Positions 17,968-27,003 of a DNA stretch of 64,000 nt are shown in pieces. The notes under the pieces were generated by a model. That model saw only the letters and a list, made by a program, of their open reading frames with translations. It searched no databases and was not told the DNA's origin. The translations under genes and the position numbers were made by a program. How positions within the stretch are numbered: position 1 is the stretch's first letter; each line of letters opens with the position of its first letter. Origin of the DNA: an uncultured Bacilli bacterium (GTDB lineage: Bacteria; Bacillota_I; Bacilli_A; RF39; UBA660); NCBI GenBank assembly GCA_934102255.1, contig CAKOSN010000004.1:29911-93910 (forward strand). Direction: 5' to 3'.

Positions 17968-19020
17968 ATGCAAGAAAAGATAAAGAATATTAAAGAAACT
18001 ATTTTAAATAACTTACAAAATATTAAAGATATGAATAGTTTAACTGAACTTAAAAATAAGTATTTATCTAAAAAAGGAGAAATATCTGGTTTACTTGCTA
18101 ATTTAGGAAGTATGGATATTGAAGAAAGAAAAACTTATGGTAGTTTAGTAAATACTTTAAAACAAGAAGTTACTAAGTTAATTAGTGATAAAGAAACAGA
18201 AATAAAAGAAGAAATATTAAATAAAAAATTAGAAAGTGAAGATATTGATATTACCTTACCAGCTACTAAAATACCTGTAGGTTCCCCTTGTATTTTAGAA
18301 AAATTGATTCTTGATGTAGAAGAAATATTCATGAGTATGGGCTATGACGTTGTAGACGGTCCGGAAATCGAGTTAGATAAGTACAACTTTGAAATGTTAA
18401 ATTTACCAAAAGGACATCCTGCTAGAGATGCTCAAGACACCTTCTATGTTAAAGATGAAGAGCTATTACTAAGAAGTCAAACTTCGCCAGTTCAAGTAAG
18501 AACTATGTTAGAAGGTGAAGGCAAAAAGCCAATCCGAGTAATTTGCCCCGGTAAGACTTACCGCCGTGATGATGATGATGCTACGCACTCACATCAATTT
18601 ACCCAAATTGAAGGTTTATTAGTTGATAAAAATATTTCTCTAAGTGATTTAAAAGGCACTATAGATTTAGCAGCCAAGAAACTATATGGCATTGATACGA
18701 AGACTCGTTTCCATCCAAGTTATTATCCATTTACAGAACCTTCAGTTGAAGTTGATATCACTTGCTGTAATTGCCATGGCAAAGGCTGTAATGTCTGCAA
18801 GCAAACAGGCTGGGTTACTGTTTGTGGGGCTGGTATTGTTCATCCTAATGTCCTAAGAATGGCAGGCTACAATCCAAGCGAGTGGAGTGGTTTTGCTTTC
18901 GGTTTTGGGGCTGAACGTTTAGCTATGATTAAATATGATATTAATGATTGTCGTGTTTTTTATAATAATGACTTAAGAGAAGTTAGAGTATTTGATAGAA
19001 AGGAAAAAGAAAATGATTAG
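17968..19020 (+). CDS. pheS: phenylalanine--tRNA ligase alpha subunit
   Basis: Class II motifs (HPARD, FRPSYYPFTEPS, GFAFGFGAERLAM). ATG 17968 follows the T-box terminator and an AAAGGAAA RBS. Confidence 0.95.
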   Translation: MQEKIKNIKETILNNLQNIKDMNSLTELKNKYLSKKGEISGLLANLGSMDIEERKTYGSLVNTLKQEVTKLISDKETEIKEEILNKKLESEDIDITLPATKIPVGSPCILEKLILDVEEIFMSMGYDVVDGPEIELDKYNFEMLNLPKGHPARDAQDTFYVKDEELLLRSQTSPVQVRTMLEGEGKKPIRVICPGKTYRRDDDDATHSHQFTQIEGLLVDKNISLSDLKGTIDLAAKKLYGIDTKTRFHPSYYPFTEPSVEVDITCCNCHGKGCNVCKQTGWVTVCGAGIVHPNVLRMAGYNPSEWSGFAFGFGAERLAMIKYDINDCRVFYNNDLREVRVFDRKEKEND

Positions 19021-21385
19021 TTTAGAATGGGTTAGTGATTATATTGATATTAAAGACCAAGATTTAAAAGAATTAGCCGTTAAAATTACTAAAGCCGGTA
19101 TTAATGTTGAAAAAGTTATTTCTAATAATATTCCTGGTTTAGTAATAGGACAAGTAGTTGAATGCGTTAATCATCCTAATTCTGACCATATGCATATTTG
19201 TAAGGTTGATGTAGGTAGAACTGAGTTAGTTCAAATAGTGTGTGGTGCTCCTAACGTTAAAAGTGGCATCAAAGTAATAGTAGCCTTAGACGGTACTAAA
19301 TTACCTGGTGGTGTTATTAAAAATACTAGCTTACGTGGTGTAGATTCTAACGGTATGATTTGTGCTTTATGTGAAATTGGTCTCGAAGAAAATACTAAAG
19401 AAAATTATGCTAAAGGTATTTTTATCGCTCCAGATAACTTAAAAAATGGCGCTCCTGCTATTACCGCTTTAGGCTTAGAAACAACTCTTTATGAGTTAGA
19501 TATCCATAAACATCGTAATAACGATTGCTACTATCATATCGGTTTTGCCTACGAAATTGCTTCAATCTTAAATCGTAAGGTTACTTTACCAGATATGTCT
19601 TATAAAACAGTTAATGATGATGTAAATAACTATATCACACTAGAAGTAGATACTCCTAAATGTCCATATTATACTGGTCGTATGGCAACTAATTTAACTA
19701 TTAAAGAAAGTCCGGAATTTATTAAAAAGAGATTAATTGATGCTGGTATGCGTCCAATTAACAATGTCGTTGATATTTCTAACTATGTAATGCTAGAATT
19801 TGGTCAACCTCTTCATTTCTTTGATAAAGATACTTTAGGTAAAAAAATAGTAGTTAGAGATGCCTATGAAAATGAAAAATTAGTTACTCTAGATAATAAT
19901 GAAAGAACTTTAAAAACTAGTGATATTGTTATTACTGACGGTGAAAAATCTATTTGTTTAGCTGGCGTTATGGGTGGCTTAAATACCGAAGTTACCGAAA
20001 ATACTAAGAATATCTTTATTGAAGCCGCTATCTTTGACAATATTAGTATTCGTAATACAGCTAATCGTCTAAATTTAAAGAGTGAAGCATCTATTCGTTA
20101 TGGTAAAGGCTTATCTTATGAATATACTAATTATGCCTTAGATAGAGCTTGCCATTTATTAGAAAAATATGCTGATGCTACTATTTTAAATAATACTGTT
20201 ATTTATGATAAATTAGATAAAACTCCTAAAGTAGTAACATTTAAGGAAGATGATATTAGTAAACTTTTGGGTATCGATATTAAACCAAATGATATTGAAC
20301 ATGAACTTGATAGATTAGAATTCCCATATAAATTTAATGATAATACCTTCACAGTAACTATTCCTAATCGTAGATTAGATATTGATGCTAACGTTAACGA
20401 TATTGCTGAGGAAATAGTTCGTCTTTATGGTTATGAAAACTTAGCTTGTACTTTGCCAAAAGTGGAAATAAAACAAGGCGAGTATAAGGGTGATGTTAAA
20501 TACCGTAAGATTATTGCTAGTCGTCTTCGCACTTTAGGTCTTACCGAAACTAGAACTTATACCTTAACTTCTCCAAGTATGGCTAGTACCTTTAATTATG
20601 AAGGTAAAACTCATTTAAATTTACCTAATCCAATGAGCATTGATAAATCAGTTTTACGTACTTCTTTAATTCCTAGTATGTTAAATGTTTATAACTATAA
20701 CAAAGCTCGTAAAGTAGATAATATGTATCTATATGAAATCAGTAAAACTTATGATGTTAACTATAAAGAAGAAAGTAAGATTGCTATTTTAATGAAAGGT
20801 AACTATATAATTAATGAGGCTACTAAGGTTAATGTTAAATGTGATTTCTATTTAATCAAAGGTATAGTAGAAAACTTACTTGATTATTTAGGCTTTAATG
20901 GCCGCTATCATTTTGTTAAGAGCGAAATCGATAACATGCATCCAAAAAGAAGTGCTAAAATCTATTTAGATGATACTTTCTTAGGCATAATTGGTGAGGT
21001 TCATCCAAGCTTATGTAAAGATGAAATTTATACTGCCGAAATATCTTTAAATAAATTAATGCAAGAAATAAAACCACTTAAATACGTTGGCGCTTCCATT
21101 TATCCAGAAATCGTTAAAGATGTAGCGTTTGTTGTAGATAAATCTTTACCAATTGAAGAGATAATGAATGAAATAAGAATATCAGGTAAAGACTTACTAA
21201 CTAATATTAGTATTTTCGATGTTTATACTGGACCAAATGTATTAGAAAACGAAAAATCAGTAGCATTTAAATTAACATTCCAATCAAATACGAGAACTTT
21301 ACAAGAAGAAGAAGTTATGACTATATTTAATGACATAATGACTAATGTTAAAAATAAACTTAATTGTAAAGTTAGGGATAACTAA
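19013..21385 (+). CDS. pheT: phenylalanine--tRNA ligase beta subunit
   Basis: MISLEWVSDYIDI start, tRNA-binding domain (CGAPNV), B3/4 and B5 domains and a C-terminal FDVY...KS.AF motif. It overlaps the pheS stop. Confidence 0.95.
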   Translation: MISLEWVSDYIDIKDQDLKELAVKITKAGINVEKVISNNIPGLVIGQVVECVNHPNSDHMHICKVDVGRTELVQIVCGAPNVKSGIKVIVALDGTKLPGGVIKNTSLRGVDSNGMICALCEIGLEENTKENYAKGIFIAPDNLKNGAPAITALGLETTLYELDIHKHRNNDCYYHIGFAYEIASILNRKVTLPDMSYKTVNDDVNNYITLEVDTPKCPYYTGRMATNLTIKESPEFIKKRLIDAGMRPINNVVDISNYVMLEFGQPLHFFDKDTLGKKIVVRDAYENEKLVTLDNNERTLKTSDIVITDGEKSICLAGVMGGLNTEVTENTKNIFIEAAIFDNISIRNTANRLNLKSEASIRYGKGLSYEYTNYALDRACHLLEKYADATILNNTVIYDKLDKTPKVVTFKEDDISKLLGIDIKPNDIEHELDRLEFPYKFNDNTFTVTIPNRRLDIDANVNDIAEEIVRLYGYENLACTLPKVEIKQGEYKGDVKYRKIIASRLRTLGLTETRTYTLTSPSMASTFNYEGKTHLNLPNPMSIDKSVLRTSLIPSMLNVYNYNKARKVDNMYLYEISKTYDVNYKEESKIAILMKGNYIINEATKVNVKCDFYLIKGIVENLLDYLGFNGRYHFVKSEIDNMHPKRSAKIYLDDTFLGIIGEVHPSLCKDEIYTAEISLNKLMQEIKPLKYVGASIYPEIVKDVAFVVDKSLPIEEIMNEIRISGKDLLTNISIFDVYTGPNVLENEKSVAFKLTFQSNTRTLQEEEVMTIFNDIMTNVKNKLNCKVRDN

Positions 21386-21394
21386 TATAACTTT

Positions 21395-21418
21395 AAAAAG
21401 TACTTAGGTACTTTTTTC
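21395..21418 (+). terminator. rho-independent terminator (pheST)
   Basis: AAAAAGTAC-ttag-GTACTTTTTT. Confidence 0.7.
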
Positions 21419-21463
21419 TTTTCTCTAAAATAAAGATTATGTTATAATTATTTAGGAGATTTT

Positions 21464-22204
21464 ATGGATACAGAAAAAGTAGGAAAATTAATTAAACAGA
21501 TAAGAAAAAATAATCATTTAACACAAAAAGACTTAGCTTTAAAATACAATATAACTTATCAAGCTGTTTCTAAGTGGGAAAACGGTAAAAATATTCCTGA
21601 TATAAGTTTACTTAAACAAATATGTGATGACTTTAACATCGATATAAATTCTCTTTTAACAGGAGATTATACTGCTAGCGATAAAATGATAAGTAATAAC
21701 AAAACTAAAAAAAGCTTACTTAAAAATAAAAAGTTTCTTTTCTTATGCCTATTTGTCCTTTTAATTGGGGTTATCTTAAGCTTTATAATTCTAAAAAACA
21801 GAAGTAATGATTTTGAATTTAAAACTATAAGTAGTGATTGCAATAATTTTACTATAACTGGTTCTGTTGCTTATAACGATATTAAAAGTGCTATTTATAT
21901 TGCTAATATTAACTATTGTGGTGGTGCTGATGATAATTTATATAAAAGTATCGAATGCGTTCTTTATGAAAAAAATGGTACTTTAGAAAATAAGATATCA
22001 CAAATAGTAATAAAAGAAGAAAGTCCTAAAAAATTAGAAGATTTACTAAAAAATGTTACTTTTAATATTGATAATTATATCCATAAGTGTAAGGAATTTC
22101 AAAATCATGAACTGTATGTTGTGATAAAAGCAACGGATAGTGATGATAAGCAAGTTACCTATAGTGTTCCTTTAGCTATGAATAGTGTATGTACTGATAA
22201 GTAA
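21464..22204 (+). CDS. membrane-anchored XRE-family HTH regulator
   Basis: HTH_3 (LTQKDLALKYNITYQAVSKWENGKNIP), a central TM helix (FLFLCLFVLLIGVILSFIIL) and an extracytoplasmic Cys-containing domain. Confidence 0.75.
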   Translation: MDTEKVGKLIKQIRKNNHLTQKDLALKYNITYQAVSKWENGKNIPDISLLKQICDDFNIDINSLLTGDYTASDKMISNNKTKKSLLKNKKFLFLCLFVLLIGVILSFIILKNRSNDFEFKTISSDCNNFTITGSVAYNDIKSAIYIANINYCGGADDNLYKSIECVLYEKNGTLENKISQIVIKEESPKKLEDLLKNVTFNIDNYIHKCKEFQNHELYVVIKATDSDDKQVTYSVPLAMNSVCTDK

Positions 22205-22237
22205 GCTTACTTGTCATTTTCTTTACTTAAATTTAAC

Positions 22238-22275
22238 AAAAAAATGTCAAACTTTCGAATATTTTGACATTTTTT
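22238..22275. repeat. perfect AT-rich inverted repeat; weak terminator and/or operator
   Basis: AAAAAATGTCAAA (left arm) and TTTGACATTTTTT (right arm) separated by an 11-nt loop. The right arm contains TTGACA. Confidence 0.5.
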
Positions 22276-22336
22276 AAGAATTTTATTGTCAAGCAATGTT
22301 TAAATATGCTACTATTATAATAGGTGATAGGATAGT

Positions 22337-22873
22337 ATGAATATAGTAATGGTAATTGCAAGAAATTTATTAGAATATTTTAATTCATTGAATACTTATG
22401 ATATTATTTTTATTGGTGCAAATATTTTACTGATGATGTTACTAGTAACTTTTGCTTATGTTTTAAAATTTAAAGATAAGAAGGAAGAAGTAACTAATAC
22501 TATTGTTGTTGATAATAGTGATATTTCTCTAGAAGCTCTAACTACTAAGCTTCAAGAAAATACAGCTGTTGTTAGAACTGATTTAACAAAATTTGAAAAT
22601 GAAGAAGAAACTAAGGCTATTATTAGTTATGATGAGCTTGTTAATACTCAAGGTATTCCAGTTTTAAAATATAAAAATGAAGAAGAAATTAATGGTTTAT
22701 TAGTAAGAGCTATCGATGTTAATAACTTAATTGAAACTATGGACCCTAAACCAATAAGTCATCCAGCTGTTTATAATGCTAATAAAAACAAAAAATATGC
22801 TGCTATTAGTAAAGTAAAAGAAGAAGAATTGCTTTTAAGTTTAAAAAAGTTAAATAGCATGTTAGAAAAATAA
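22337..22873 (+). CDS. hypothetical membrane-anchored protein
   Basis: N-terminal TM helix (IIFIGANILLMMLLVTFAYVL) followed by an acidic soluble domain. Confidence 0.5.
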   Translation: MNIVMVIARNLLEYFNSLNTYDIIFIGANILLMMLLVTFAYVLKFKDKKEEVTNTIVVDNSDISLEALTTKLQENTAVVRTDLTKFENEEETKAIISYDELVNTQGIPVLKYKNEEEINGLLVRAIDVNNLIETMDPKPISHPAVYNANKNKKYAAISKVKEEELLLSLKKLNSMLEK

Positions 22874-23142
22874 TAAGAAAATTTAGACCTATTTCTCTAA
22901 AAAAGGGAAGTGGGTTTTTATTTTTTTTAAAATTCATAAACTGTCATTATAGAGAATAAGTATAAGATTTGTAAGGCAAAAAATTACTATAAGTAAAAAT
23001 ATAATCAAAAATATCTAATTACCAGGGATTGGCACTAAAATAAAGCAAAAAAAGTTTGACAAAGCTTTAAATATTTGATAATATTAAGTCCCAATGGTAA
23101 ATAGCATCTATTATGTATGTTGCAGGGATTATAAGCTGAAAT

Positions 23143-23171
23143 TTGACAAATGTAAACTTTCGTGCTATAAT
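23143..23171 (+). promoter_or_regulatory. consensus sigma-A type promoter
   Basis: TTGACA (23143-23148), a 17-nt spacer and TATAAT (23166-23171). Confidence 0.6.
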
Positions 23172-23207
23172 CAGAGGTATCAAAGGGTTTTATAGGGGGA
23201 ATTGGTT

Positions 23208-23630
23208 ATGAAAGGTTTTGTTTTAGATTATACAAACGAAAATGAGTATCACAAACTAGAAAGAGCATTAAAAAAATATAACATGCTTGCTTATAAGAAA
23301 TTAAATTTTGAATATTATCCTGATTTGAGGGATGGTAAATTTGTTGGTGAATTAGTTTCTCAAAATAAGAGTAAACACACTAAGACTTATGAGTTAAAAT
23401 TACCTAGTGATAGAAAATTTGCTCAAATTCACGGTGATGTCAAATTACATTACGTTGTATACGAACAAGAAGAAATTGTTATGTTGGATACTATTACACC
23501 ATCAAGTATTTTACTTGAAGGACATCAATCAGAACTTGCAACATATAAAGGTGTTATGATATCTAAAGAAAATGCTTCAAAAGACATGTTTAAAATTGAT
23601 TTATTAAATATGTTACAAAATAATAAGTAG
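23208..23630 (+). CDS. hypothetical protein
   Basis: GGGGGA RBS precedes ATG 23208. The central YELKLPSDRKFAQIHGDVKLHYVVYEQEEIVMLDTITP loosely resembles a RelE/ParE-like core, but no partner gene is present. Confidence 0.45.
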   Translation: MKGFVLDYTNENEYHKLERALKKYNMLAYKKLNFEYYPDLRDGKFVGELVSQNKSKHTKTYELKLPSDRKFAQIHGDVKLHYVVYEQEEIVMLDTITPSSILLEGHQSELATYKGVMISKENASKDMFKIDLLNMLQNNK

Positions 23631-23719
23631 TGATACTTATTTTTTTTAAGCTTTTTGCTAAAAAGTTATTGCAAGAAAGGCTTATTTATGATATATTTAA
23701 TTAGTCGAAAGAAATGAAT

Positions 23720-23796
23720 GGACCCTTAGCTCAATCGGTTAGAGCAATCGGCTCATAACCGATGGGTTGTAGGTTCGAGTCCTACAGGGTCCACCA
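23720..23796 (+). tRNA. tRNA with CAT anticodon (Met, or Ile2 if lysidine-modified)
   Basis: Cloverleaf with acceptor GGACCCT/AGGGTCC, anticodon loop CTCATAA, T-arm GTAGGTTCGAGTCCTAC and an encoded CCA. Confidence 0.9.
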
Positions 23797-23809
23797 TTCT
23801 TTAATAATC

Positions 23810-23894
23810 GCGGGTATGGCGGAATTGGTAGACGCACTAGACTTAGGATCTAGCGGAGAGATCCATGGGGGTTCAAGTCCCTTTACCCGCACCA
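23810..23894 (+). tRNA. tRNA-Leu (TAG anticodon)
   Basis: Acceptor GCGGGTA/TACCCGC, anticodon loop CTTAGGA, a long variable arm, T-loop GGTTCAAGTCC and an encoded CCA. Confidence 0.9.
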
Positions 23895-23904
23895 GATAGA
23901 AATT

Positions 23905-23931
23905 AAAGTCCTTGTAAAAGGGCTTTTTTTG
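23905..23931 (+). terminator. rho-independent terminator after the tRNA pair
   Basis: AGTCCTT-gtaa-AAGGGCT followed by a T-run. Confidence 0.6.
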
Positions 23932-24141
23932 TTGCACAATTTTACTTTAATAATTCATGCTGACATTTTTAGCCTCCAGTATTTATAATACTATTCTTAA
24001 TACCGCTCTTTATATGAAAAGACTCATAACCAAACTTATCATAACCATAGCTAATAATTATTTTTCTAAACTAGTAATCTGATATATACTTTAAATAGGA
24101 TATGAAAATATTCTAATCTTAAAAAGGAAAGAAGATATATA

Positions 24142-24903
24142 ATGATTTTAACAATTACGCCCTTAGGAACTGTTTCTCCTTATTGTAAGGAAGAACATAA
24201 TTGTCCAGGCTTTTTAATTAATTATAAAGACTATAGGATACTTTTAGACTGTGGTAATGGTATTACTAGGTATTTACATTTTCCTGATGATTTAAATAAT
24301 TTATCCGTTATAATAACTCACTATCATAAAGACCATTATGGCGATATTGGCACCTTACAATACGCTTCCTTTGTTTATCATAATTTAGGAAAAATAGATA
24401 AGAAAATAAACATTTACCTGCCCAAAGAAGATATAAACTATCGTAAAAAAGCCATTTGCCAAAATAGTGAAGCTTATTCCTTATATCACGATATTAATGA
24501 GGAAACCCCAATACATTTAGCTGATTTAAAAATTACTTTTGAAAATAACCAATCTCATTCGATTCCTTCTTATATGGTTAAATTAGAAACTAGCAAATTT
24601 AAGGTCGTTTATACCTCAGATATCGGCCTTGCCAACTGGCAAAAATTAGTTGCTTTTTGTAAAAATGCTGATATTCTTATTAGCGAAAGTTCTTTTCTAA
24701 AAAGCCATAATTCACCATCTAAAACGCATTTAACTGCCTGCGACGCGGGAATGCTTGCTAAAGAAAGTAACGCCTCAAAACTTCTATTAACGCATTTATG
24801 GCCAGAAGAGGTAAGAGAAAACTATCTAAATGAGGCTAAAGAAATATTTTCTGATACAGAACTTGCTTTAGAAAATAAAAAATTAATATTAAAAAAAGAA
24901 TAA
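24142..24903 (+). CDS. MBL-fold metallo-hydrolase
   Basis: ITHYHKDHYGD (HxHxDH motif) plus downstream His/Asp ligands. Confidence 0.8.
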   Translation: MILTITPLGTVSPYCKEEHNCPGFLINYKDYRILLDCGNGITRYLHFPDDLNNLSVIITHYHKDHYGDIGTLQYASFVYHNLGKIDKKINIYLPKEDINYRKKAICQNSEAYSLYHDINEETPIHLADLKITFENNQSHSIPSYMVKLETSKFKVVYTSDIGLANWQKLVAFCKNADILISESSFLKSHNSPSKTHLTACDAGMLAKESNASKLLLTHLWPEEVRENYLNEAKEIFSDTELALENKKLILKKE

Positions 24904-24907
24904 ATAA

Positions 24908-25435
24908 TTAGAACCAACAAGTTAGGGCACTCATATTATTTATTCTTCTTTCTTCATTACGGAATATTATTTCTAGAACATCTCTTTGACTTAATTTCTT
25001 TAAAACATCAGCTAATCTTTCTGCTTCGATAAGAGCAGTTTTGTAATCTTTATAAATAACTAGTAATTTTAACGGCTTACATTTATCACTATTAGACACA
25101 TCAATATAAGATGCATATTTATTTATTAAACCCGTTCTAACTTTACTTAACGACATTTTAAAACTAAAGTCCTTAGTCTGCCATTTATAAGTTTTAATTG
25201 GCTTAAGGGTGTACTCATTTTGACTAATTTGATAATAAAGAAATTCCTCTTTACAAAAACTATCAAAATGTTTGTCGAAAAAAATAGCAGCTCGATTATA
25301 TAAGCTCCCATGATGATAGATATTATCATATTTATCAATCATATTTTTTAATTTATCCTCTAAAGTATCAAAGTGGGGAAATACACACTCACGCTTACTG
25401 TTAGGACTTATTTTGTAATAATTTAAATTTATCAC
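24908..25435 (-). CDS. hypothetical protein
   Basis: 175-aa ORF with a GTG start, convergent with the MBL gene. I recognise no family. Confidence 0.45.
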   Translation of the reverse strand: MINLNYYKISPNSKRECVFPHFDTLEDKLKNMIDKYDNIYHHGSLYNRAAIFFDKHFDSFCKEEFLYYQISQNEYTLKPIKTYKWQTKDFSFKMSLSKVRTGLINKYASYIDVSNSDKCKPLKLLVIYKDYKTALIEAERLADVLKKLSQRDVLEIIFRNEERRINNMSALTCWF

Positions 25436-25496
25436 ATTTATTTGTCAGTTAAACTTCAATTAAATTGTAAATAAAATTTTATCAGAAGTCAACCTC

Positions 25497-25552
25497 AAAA
25501 TAGTAAATTTGGTTTAAAAATAGTAATTTTGTCTTAAAATAATAATTTTTTA
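25497..25552. repeat. three phased direct repeats (about 20-bp period) upstream of the bacteriocin-like locus
   Basis: AAAATAGTAAATTTGG (25497), AAAATAGTAATTTTGT (25517) and AAAATAATAATTTTTT (25536). Confidence 0.5.
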
Positions 25553-25688
25553 CTTATTAATAACAAAATATTAGTTAAGATAATAAATTTTCTAGTAATA
25601 CAATTTTTTAGCTTTTTATCTAATTATTTCCGCTTTTATTAAGTCTAGTAATATGATATAATTTTTTAAGAAGAGAGGAAAACTTGCT

Positions 25689-26138
25689 ATGAAAAAAAAT
25701 TATAAGAAAAATATATTTAATTTTTTATTTTTAATATTTACTACTTTTATATTATTTGGAAATACTGTACTAGCCGAGGATGTTTCTGATTTAGCGTTTT
25801 GTTCATCAAATGGTGTTAAACTAGCTTTAAAAATTGTTGGCTATGCTATATTTGTTGTTAAAATAGTAATACCTATAGTATTAATTGTTTATGGTACCAT
25901 CGATGTAACTAAGGCTGTTCTTGATGCTAAAGACGGTTTACAAAAAAACTTAATTCAATTTGCTAAAAGATGTATTGCGGCTATCCTAATTTTTATGGCT
26001 CCTGGTATTATTAATGGTATTTTTAACATGGTAATTGACGGCTATGAAGAATCAACTAATAATCCTAGTGAATATAAAGATTGCTTTACTTGTCTTTTCA
26101 ATCCTAATAAATGTGATGTTAAAAGATATGGTGAGTAG
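25689..26138 (+). CDS. secreted/membrane protein with a signal peptide, two TM helices and a Cys-rich tail (VirB2/TrbC pilin-like topology)
   Basis: Signal peptide ending VLAEDV, helices IVGYAIFVVKIVIPIVLIVYG and CIAAILIFMAPGIINGIF, and C-terminal CFTCLFNPNKC. Confidence 0.5.
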   Translation: MKKNYKKNIFNFLFLIFTTFILFGNTVLAEDVSDLAFCSSNGVKLALKIVGYAIFVVKIVIPIVLIVYGTIDVTKAVLDAKDGLQKNLIQFAKRCIAAILIFMAPGIINGIFNMVIDGYEESTNNPSEYKDCFTCLFNPNKCDVKRYGE

Positions 26139-26156
26139 TCTTAGTATGGAGAAAAT

Positions 26157-26933
26157 ATGTATCTAAAAGTAATGGAAATATTTTTATATTTTTTAGTAGC
26201 TAGTTTTCTTGGTTATACAATGGAAGTAATTAAATGTAGTATAGATACCAAAAAACTAGTAAATAGAGGCTTTCTATTCGGACCAATCTGCCCAATTTAT
26301 GGTGTTGGTTTTGTCCTTATTACTTGGCTTCTAACTAAATATGAAAATGATTTAATTGTCCTTTTTTTAATGGGAGCTTTAATAACTAGTGCGGTTGAAT
26401 ATTATACTAGCTATATCTTAGAGGTAATATTTCATAATCGCTGGTGGGATTATTCTTATCGTAAAGATAATATAAATGGGCGTATTTGCTTGAAAAATTC
26501 TATCCTTTTTGGAGTAGGAACTTGTTTTATAATTAAAGTTATTAACCCTTTAATATATCAACTTAGAGCTTTCTTAAGTGATAAATTAATTATTGTTTTA
26601 GGAAGTATTCTTTTAGTAATATTTATTTTAGATATGATTTTCTCTTGTATCATAGCATATAATCTTCGTCATCGTATTATTATTGCTGAAGAATTAAAAA
26701 GTGCTAAATTAAGAATGATACCAACGCTTTTAGAACGAAAATATAAAGAAGAAATTACTCATTTGAAGTTTGTAAAAAATAGATTATTTAATGCTTTCCC
26801 TGATATTTGGAAAGACAGTAAAAAAGAGCAAGAACTTATTACTAAAATCAAAGCCAAAGATAAAGAAACGAAGAAAAAATACAAAAAAAACGGTAAAATT
26901 AAGAAAAAAATGTCAAAAAAGTCAAAAAAATGA
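26157..26933 (+). CDS. polytopic membrane protein of the 'putative ABC-transporter type IV' (CmpB/DUF1113-like) family with a Lys-rich tail
   Basis: GFLFGPICPIYGVG and EYYTSYILEVIFHNRWWDYS match the family signature. The C-terminus is a KKKYKKNGKIKKKMSKKSKK tail. Confidence 0.6.
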   Translation: MYLKVMEIFLYFLVASFLGYTMEVIKCSIDTKKLVNRGFLFGPICPIYGVGFVLITWLLTKYENDLIVLFLMGALITSAVEYYTSYILEVIFHNRWWDYSYRKDNINGRICLKNSILFGVGTCFIIKVINPLIYQLRAFLSDKLIIVLGSILLVIFILDMIFSCIIAYNLRHRIIIAEELKSAKLRMIPTLLERKYKEEITHLKFVKNRLFNAFPDIWKDSKKEQELITKIKAKDKETKKKYKKNGKIKKKMSKKSKK

Positions 26934-27003
26934 CTTTTTTTTAAAACTTTTGAAGGAAATTCGCGATGTGTTACCAATATATATAATTAGGAGGTGTAAT
27001 TAT

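Noticed and set aside
23056-23142. Possible small RNA between the two promoter-like elements upstream of 23208
   Set aside because: A TTGACA-N17-TAATAT element at about 23057-23085 would start a transcript here. I could find no convincing terminator or conserved structure before the second promoter, so it is more likely a tandem promoter.
26791-27003. N-terminal 71-aa extension of the ABC exporter ORF in the track (741 aa)
   Set aside because: The extension overlaps the end of the upstream gene in another frame. AGGAGG followed by ATG 27004 begins exactly at the conserved C39 domain (MHKLVTIQSDVNDCG).
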